Origin: a virus
Taxonomy: Duplodnaviria; Caudoviricetes
Length of the DNA stretch: 59,449 nt
Virus record (IMG/VR): IMGVR_UViG_3300016265_001128
Location: 1 to 59,449 of that record
Direction: 5' to 3' (one strand)
The translations under genes and the position numbers were made by a program. The notes below the pieces were generated by a model. The model searched no databases and had not been told where the DNA came from. It saw only the letters and a list, made by a program, of their open reading frames with translations. Positions 54,447 to 59,449 of this stretch are shown one piece after another. How positions within the stretch are numbered: the first letter of the stretch is position 1; each line of letters begins with the position of its first letter.

Positions 54447-56765
54447 CTAGAAAGGCAGGTCATCAGTTCTGGCCTGTTCACCGTCGATCTCTTCTGGCCA
54501 GTCCACGACTTGCTTCATGGCCTCTTCGAATAGCTGGCGGCACTCCAATAGGTCAGGGATGGCGTAACCGTTGGCCTTTTTCTTTACCGCGTACTGCCCG
54601 CTGCCAAACGTTGCCCAACGGCGACTGGGGTTCAAAGTCTTTGCCATGATCTTGTTCATCTTAATCCAGAACTGGGCATCAGTCATCTTGAAATGCTGCC
54701 CGACTCGTTGCAGGCTGCTGATGTAATCCCCATACAGCTTCTCGCTTGGAACCCAGTCGCCAAAATTCCAGTCGTCGCTCTCTAGATCAAGGTCTCCGTT
54801 TCGCAGCTTACTGAACCACCAGCCTTCGAATGCCGGCAAGCTATGAAGCTTCTGCTCAACCAGGCCTTCTGTCTGCGGTACCGTCCTCACCGAGAAATCA
54901 CTTAGGTCAAGCGTCTGCATGTCGTGCAGCCAAGCCTCGTAGCCGCCATCTTTCAGCTGGTCTTCAATCGCCTTGAAGTACCCTTCTTTCTGTGCTTGCT
55001 CTTCTCCAACCTTAAACACGGCAAAGCGACGTTCGTCCATGCCTGCTGGCACCACCCACTCGTTGTTGCTTGCCATGACAATGTGCAGCCTGTTCGGCAC
55101 CGTGATCATCTTGCGGCCTTTTGGCTCCACGTTCAGCGTATCACCGGTCACCAGCGTCTTCAGCACATTCTCGCTTGCCTTGTCGCCAGCCCAGAACGCC
55201 TCATCTGCAAACAGCAGCACCACGTCTCTCAGATGCTCGTTAAAATTCCCGGTGACGTGTTTGCTGTTGCTCACCATCAGATAGTGTTGCCCAAAGAGAT
55301 ACCCAAACTGCTTCACAAAGAACGTCTTGCCCGTCCCTCGCTTTCCCTGTAGTACTAGGGCAACTTCTCCTTGCACCCCAGGATGCTGGACTGCGGTCGC
55401 CATCCAGCCTACAACATAGCGATAATATTCCCTGTTCTTCCCGCAAATATTGTCAAAGATATGTCGCTTCATCAGGTCCCACGACCCGGGCTTTGCCTCA
55501 ACCCTCCAGCCTCTCCACAGGTTATATACTCCCGGTCCCACATCAACGTCTGGCGAGAACCTGACGGCCTCGTATTGCCGTCTGTTAGGATGCTTTAGCC
55601 AGTACTCGCCGACAGTCTGAACCTTGGGGATCCCGTCGCTTCCCACACTAAGAATAGTCCTGTTCATGTAAAAGTGCGTGAAGTCCGTAAAGCTCATGTA
55701 ATTCAGCAATGTTCGTTGGCGATGTTCATCCAGTTCTTCTTCGATTACCCAAGTTTTTCCTGACTCCTTGGCAACGGCGTATTTGGCGTTTAAGTCTATT
55801 AGCCATTGGCTACCCGTTGTACCCTCGCCTAACCCTTCTAAGATCTGGTCATGTTGATTTGGCCCTTTTGACCCATCATCCTCCCCTTGGCCGCCTAGAG
55901 ACGTCGCTTGGTCCATAACCTGCCTTACCGCCGCCTCTCCTTCGCGCATCAGCACGTCATTCAGGTCAGTTCCCGGCTTGTCTTCATAGGCATGTGGTTG
56001 GGCCACGCGAACCCTTAATCCTCTCTTCTGATAGACTCTAATTCTCTTGATCAGCGCCTGATGCGCTTGGCCTCGATCGTCGTCCGCTTCGCCAGCGATC
56101 ACGACCTCATCGACGTCTCCAAGCTTTGGATTATTTGTCAGCGTCAGCGTCGCCATCACGTGCAGGCCGGTGGCTTGCCAGATAGACAGGGCTGTCTCGA
56201 CCCCTTCTGCAATCACGAGGGGACCGCGTCCGGGCAGCACCACGGCGCCATCTTTTGGATTGCCGAAGGTCCTACGATGCGGCGTCAGTTTGCCCTTGGC
56301 GGACAAGCCTTCTTTCGTCAGATACGTGTGCTGATAGGCTAGAAGCGTGCCATCTTCGCCCATCACGAAGCTCGTCAGAGCATCGAAAACTTCGTCAGAA
56401 TCTCGGTAAGCGTCCTTCGTAAAGCGTATCCCAGGTGGAGGAAGTAGGGTAATTCCTCTACTTTTAAGATATGTCTCGGCACCTGTTCCCTCTATACCTA
56501 CGCTATAATCCCAGGCTTCTTTGATCTTCGGCTTGGCTGGTTTAGCACCGGTTACGTAGCCTTTTTCAGGCCAGAGATTGCGTTTTGCTAGGGCCGCGAC
56601 CACGCTATCGTATGAGCAGCCGGCGTAGCATTTCAGCCCAATCGAGCCGCCCGCGTCGTATAGCAGGAGCGAGGGGCTGTTATCGTCGTGGGCCGGACAG
56701 CGGCATTGCCAGCCGTGACCGGTCCTCCTTCCCCCTAGACCTTGCGCGATTTCTTCTAAGCGCAT
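54447..56765 (-). CDS. Primase-helicase (Zn finger, Toprim, SF3/DUF5906 helicase)
   Basis: CPAHDD.SPSL...C.AGC, YL.SRGI, EG.ETALS, G.RGTGKT, FADEA, SN and ERRF. Confidence 0.92.
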   Translation of the reverse strand: MRLEEIAQGLGGRRTGHGWQCRCPAHDDNSPSLLLYDAGGSIGLKCYAGCSYDSVVAALAKRNLWPEKGYVTGAKPAKPKIKEAWDYSVGIEGTGAETYLKSRGITLLPPPGIRFTKDAYRDSDEVFDALTSFVMGEDGTLLAYQHTYLTKEGLSAKGKLTPHRRTFGNPKDGAVVLPGRGPLVIAEGVETALSIWQATGLHVMATLTLTNNPKLGDVDEVVIAGEADDDRGQAHQALIKRIRVYQKRGLRVRVAQPHAYEDKPGTDLNDVLMREGEAAVRQVMDQATSLGGQGEDDGSKGPNQHDQILEGLGEGTTGSQWLIDLNAKYAVAKESGKTWVIEEELDEHRQRTLLNYMSFTDFTHFYMNRTILSVGSDGIPKVQTVGEYWLKHPNRRQYEAVRFSPDVDVGPGVYNLWRGWRVEAKPGSWDLMKRHIFDNICGKNREYYRYVVGWMATAVQHPGVQGEVALVLQGKRGTGKTFFVKQFGYLFGQHYLMVSNSKHVTGNFNEHLRDVVLLFADEAFWAGDKASENVLKTLVTGDTLNVEPKGRKMITVPNRLHIVMASNNEWVVPAGMDERRFAVFKVGEEQAQKEGYFKAIEDQLKDGGYEAWLHDMQTLDLSDFSVRTVPQTEGLVEQKLHSLPAFEGWWFSKLRNGDLDLESDDWNFGDWVPSEKLYGDYISSLQRVGQHFKMTDAQFWIKMNKIMAKTLNPSRRWATFGSGQYAVKKKANGYAIPDLLECRQLFEEAMKQVVDWPEEIDGEQARTDDLPF

Positions 56766-56780
56766 ATTCGTCCCCTGAAG

Positions 56781-56812
56781 AAAATAAGGGCCCGAGCGAC
56801 AACCCGGGCCCT
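56781..56812 (-). terminator. Putative terminator after the SSB-like gene
   Basis: AGGGCCCGGG..CTCGGGCCCT followed by TATTTT. Confidence 0.6.
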
Positions 56813-56828
56813 ATACCTAAGTCTAGTG

Positions 56829-57635
56829 TTAAACGACTTCGCCGGTATCCGGGTCAACCTTCTCGACAGGTTGACGACTGACTTGGACGGCGCCGCTCGA
56901 GACCAGTTCGGCAAACTCGCGGCCGGCCTTGAGGATCTGGCTGTTGACCAGACCTTCATTTTCGATCTTCCAGCCCATCCAGTTGCCGTCATTATTGGAC
57001 TCAGGCACCGTCGTCAGGCGGTATTTGTGGCTGTAGGTCGGCGGCGTGAAGAAGCCGTTTTTGCCCGACAGCTTGATTTCAGCCATGATCGAGTTCCACG
57101 CACGGCTTTTCTTGAGCTGCGTCGACGTCATGCCGATGACGGCTCGTCCCGGCGTGCCCGACTCTTCGTCAAGGATGATGCCGTAGTGATAGGCCGTCAG
57201 CACGAGAATGTTGCCGTTCGGCAGCACGTCTTGCTTCTTCTCGTTCTTTCGCGTCCGATAGATCAGGTCGGTCGTCGCCGGATGGGACGCCACCAGACCA
57301 CCACCGGCCTCTCGCGGGGTCCATTCGTTCATCGCCGATTGGAACGAACAGGGAACAAACAGGATCCCGCGATCACGCGAATAGAGGCGCTTGTTGACGG
57401 TGTTGATGATCACGCCGGGCTTGGCGCCGTCGATGTACTCGCCGAGTGCCTCGTCGCATTCCGGGCTGCCCTTCTGAAGGATCGCCAAGAACGGGATCGA
57501 CATATCACTGGCGGTGACATTTTCAAGGCCGCCGCCAGCCAGACCTTCGAGTTCTTCCATATCCAAGTCGGTGACTGTGACCGCCGTCGACTCGTCGTTG
57601 ACAGTGACTTCTTTACTACCCTTGGCTGCAGCCAT
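56829..57635 (-). CDS. Putative ssDNA-binding protein
   Basis: G.EN....D..IPFL.ILQ..SP, EW.PR and M.STQLKKSR.WNS; acidic C-terminus; position before primase. Confidence 0.6.
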   Translation of the reverse strand: MAAAKGSKEVTVNDESTAVTVTDLDMEELEGLAGGGLENVTASDMSIPFLAILQKGSPECDEALGEYIDGAKPGVIINTVNKRLYSRDRGILFVPCSFQSAMNEWTPREAGGGLVASHPATTDLIYRTRKNEKKQDVLPNGNILVLTAYHYGIILDEESGTPGRAVIGMTSTQLKKSRAWNSIMAEIKLSGKNGFFTPPTYSHKYRLTTVPESNNDGNWMGWKIENEGLVNSQILKAGREFAELVSSGAVQVSRQPVEKVDPDTGEVV

Positions 57636-57663
57636 AGCAGCTCTCCTTTACAATGACTGTGGA

Positions 57664-58233
57664 TTAGGCCTTTTTCCTCGTGATGACCGCCTTGGTGCCC
57701 ACGTGAACGCCAAAGAGGTCCATCGGCAGCGGGTGGCCTTGTTCCAGCTGCTCCTTCACAAAGCTCTTGAGGGTGGCAGAATGCACGCCCTCCTTCTTGA
57801 TGTAGCTGGCGCCTTGCTCTTGAAGCTCGGCCTCCAGAGAGAGGGCCATATTGTCCTGGCCCATCTTCAGTTCTACCTCAAGCTTGTTCTTGATAATGTC
57901 GCCGAAGCCATTTGTCCGCAGCCAGTCATGGGCCGAGGCGGCGCGGTCTTCGCTGATATGCGCCGCGTAGAACGGCTTGCACTGTACCTTTGCCCCATTC
58001 TCAAGGGCAAAATCCTTCATCTTCAGCTCCTGCATCGCCATCGGCAGGCGGACCTCGCTGACCTTTCGGAGCTTCTCCTTTAGATCCTTGACATAGGTTT
58101 CCGCCTTGGCGATCTGGTCTTCGAGCTTGACCATATAGTGCGCCAGCTCGGAGACGGCCTTCAGCCCTTCGTCGCTGACCGGCGTTTCTTGCTCAGACAG
58201 CTGCTCGAGTTCTGAGAGAAGATCGTCTGTCAT
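57664..58233 (-). CDS. Conserved replication-module protein
   Basis: LP.AM.E, WLR.NG.GDIIKN and VH..TLK.FVKE. Confidence 0.7.
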   Translation of the reverse strand: MTDDLLSELEQLSEQETPVSDEGLKAVSELAHYMVKLEDQIAKAETYVKDLKEKLRKVSEVRLPMAMQELKMKDFALENGAKVQCKPFYAAHISEDRAASAHDWLRTNGFGDIIKNKLEVELKMGQDNMALSLEAELQEQGASYIKKEGVHSATLKSFVKEQLEQGHPLPMDLFGVHVGTKAVITRKKA

Positions 58234-58499
58234 CGCCGTTTCTCCCAAACCTTGTAATCCGGCTGGATGTTCCAGTCATCAAGGTATTCCATCGCCACGT
58301 CGACGCGCACGTCGTGGGGGAAGTTGTTCCACTTGGCGATCAGGTGCATCGGTGGCTTGCTGCGAGGCGCCGTCTTGAAGGCCGCGTGAATGATTCGAGC
58401 CTGCGCGCGGGCCAACTCCTTGAGCGGCGTTTCAGGTCCCGGCTTCCATTTGGCCAGCGGCGGGTACCGAAACTCTTCGGGGGTAATCAGGTCAACCAT
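58230..58499 (-). CDS. Hypothetical protein
   Basis: ATG 58499 with GAGGAGG RBS. Confidence 0.55.
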   Translation of the reverse strand: MVDLITPEEFRYPPLAKWKPGPETPLKELARAQARIIHAAFKTAPRSKPPMHLIAKWNNFPHDVRVDVAMEYLDDWNIQPDYKVWEKRR

Positions 58500-58749
58500 G
58501 CTCGGGTACCTCCTCAAAGAGCAGGCGGAATACCTCGTGAGCGTACACCGCCAGACCGTGCTGGCTCTTGACCACCCACCAGCCGGGGGGCGCCGCCGAC
58601 ACTTGGGTTGGCTGCGTGATCTCCATATAGCCACCGGGAAGTATGGTGATCCGCGAGCGGTCCTTCTCCGTCAGCCAGTCGATGCCGTTGAGCTGGGCAT
58701 CGGAGCCAGACCAGCGGAACGCGTCCACTGGCTTAAGTCGATACTTCAC
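58492..58749 (-). CDS. PGDYG-like family paralog
   Basis: MKYRLKPVDAFRW...PG.WVVK.......F...FE; AGAGGAG RBS. Confidence 0.65.
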   Translation of the reverse strand: MKYRLKPVDAFRWSGSDAQLNGIDWLTEKDRSRITILPGGYMEITQPTQVSAAPPGWWVVKSQHGLAVYAHEVFRLLFEEVPEHG

Positions 58750-58750
58750 G

Positions 58751-58942
58751 TTACTCTCCTCTCTTTGTTGCCGTCACGAGGCCTTGAACGACGGCCTCCA
58801 TTTCCTTAGCCGCAATACGCGGTGCCAGGGCAACCACGTTCTCGGCACTGAAGCAGTGCACCAGCACCGCCGTAGCATACTCTGCTGACACGCCGCAGCG
58901 TTTGCAGAAGCCTGTTCGTTGACAGAAGCTGTGGAGGCTCAT
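58751..58942 (-). CDS. Small Cys-containing protein
   Basis: ATG 58942 in ATGA overlap; C.RCG. Confidence 0.55.
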   Translation of the reverse strand: MSLHSFCQRTGFCKRCGVSAEYATAVLVHCFSAENVVALAPRIAAKEMEAVVQGLVTATKRGE

Positions 58943-59449
58943 GCGACCTCCCAATCTTCGGCGAGCAGGTCGTCGCTGCTGAGGGTAACGGCTCGCGACT
59001 CGCCTCGGGCAGTCAGCCAAAACAAGACGGTTTCGCCGGCATGATCAATCAAGGACATGGGAACCGTCCAATGGCCGCGCTTCACCCTTTCCCCAGCCTT
59101 TGCCCGTCGCACTGCTTCGCCAATGCCAAAGGTCTTCGGTGCTTCCGGCTTTGAGGCGTCAGTGACCACGTCAAAGCCGCTCTCGCTCCGATCCCACGGG
59201 TCTTTGTGCTGGACAAACGTCTGGCGGAAGGCCGTGTCGTTGTAGACGTACAGCTTGCCGTCTAGCGCCCGCAGCAGCCAATCGCCTTCCATCGCTTCTA
59301 GGCGACCACCGGCGGTATTAACCTTCCAAACGCTGCCAAGCGACTCATGTCTGCCGCCAAAAATGACATCCGCCCGTTGCATTGCCATCGTAACAAACGG
59401 CGGTACCGGCGCTATCTCTGACGCTGGAAACCTCCAGGCATCAAACACA
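58939..59449 (-). CDS. 3' part of the junction-spanning gene; C-terminal Tad2/DUF2829-like domain
   Basis: F.IGEAV...K.G.RV.R..W...S.DDLLAEDWEV; upstream domain T..G...A.EGDWL.....G..Y.Y....F..TF. Confidence 0.7.
   Translation of the reverse strand, partial: VFDAWRFPASEIAPVPPFVTMAMQRADVIFGGRHESLGSVWKVNTAGGRLEAMEGDWLLRALDGKLYVYNDTAFRQTFVQHKDPWDRSESGFDVVTDASKPEAPKTFGIGEAVRRAKAGERVKRGHWTVPMSLIDHAGETVLFWLTARGESRAVTLSSDDLLAEDWEVA
59258..59449. repeat. Terminal direct repeat / circular assembly overlap, right copy
   Basis: Identical to 1-192. Confidence 0.95.

Noticed and set aside
56826-57656. 276-aa + strand ORF
   Set aside because: Antisense shadow of the SSB-like gene

Overview
This window looks like a complete, circularly assembled dsDNA tailed-phage genome. 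Bases 1-192 repeat exactly at 59258-59449, giving about 59,257 unique bp. No integrase is recognisable, so it is probably lytic; the host cannot be determined from sequence. The + strand arm (about 0.7-17.8 kb) carries small early genes behind a repeated GTGTAC-N17/18-TAGGAT promoter motif, denV, DUF932 and a nucleotidyltransferase. It then has a nucleotide-modification cassette (SAM methyltransferase, MazG-like pyrophosphatase, NMP-kinase/UDG-like fusion, dCMP-type thymidylate-synthase homolog, dCMP deaminase) coupled to family A DNA polymerase, followed by accessory genes. The - strand arm carries replication genes (SSB-like, primase-helicase, SNF2 helicase), TerS/TerL, a P22-like portal flanked by variable cargo-like genes, GroES, scaffold, capsid, tail, lysis and podovirus-type ejection proteins. 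Best candidates for undescribed biology: (1) an RTX-toxin-activating (HlyC-type) acyltransferase coupled to a Gly-zipper ejection protein with GK motifs; (2) a shared [FM]-x-x-G-G tag on the portal and six other proteins, next to a JAB-like protein; (3) a cytosine-modification pathway with an extra methyltransferase and UDG-like domain; (4) a tRNA-like structured RNA upstream of TerL. All family assignments come from motif recognition by eye; no database searches were run.
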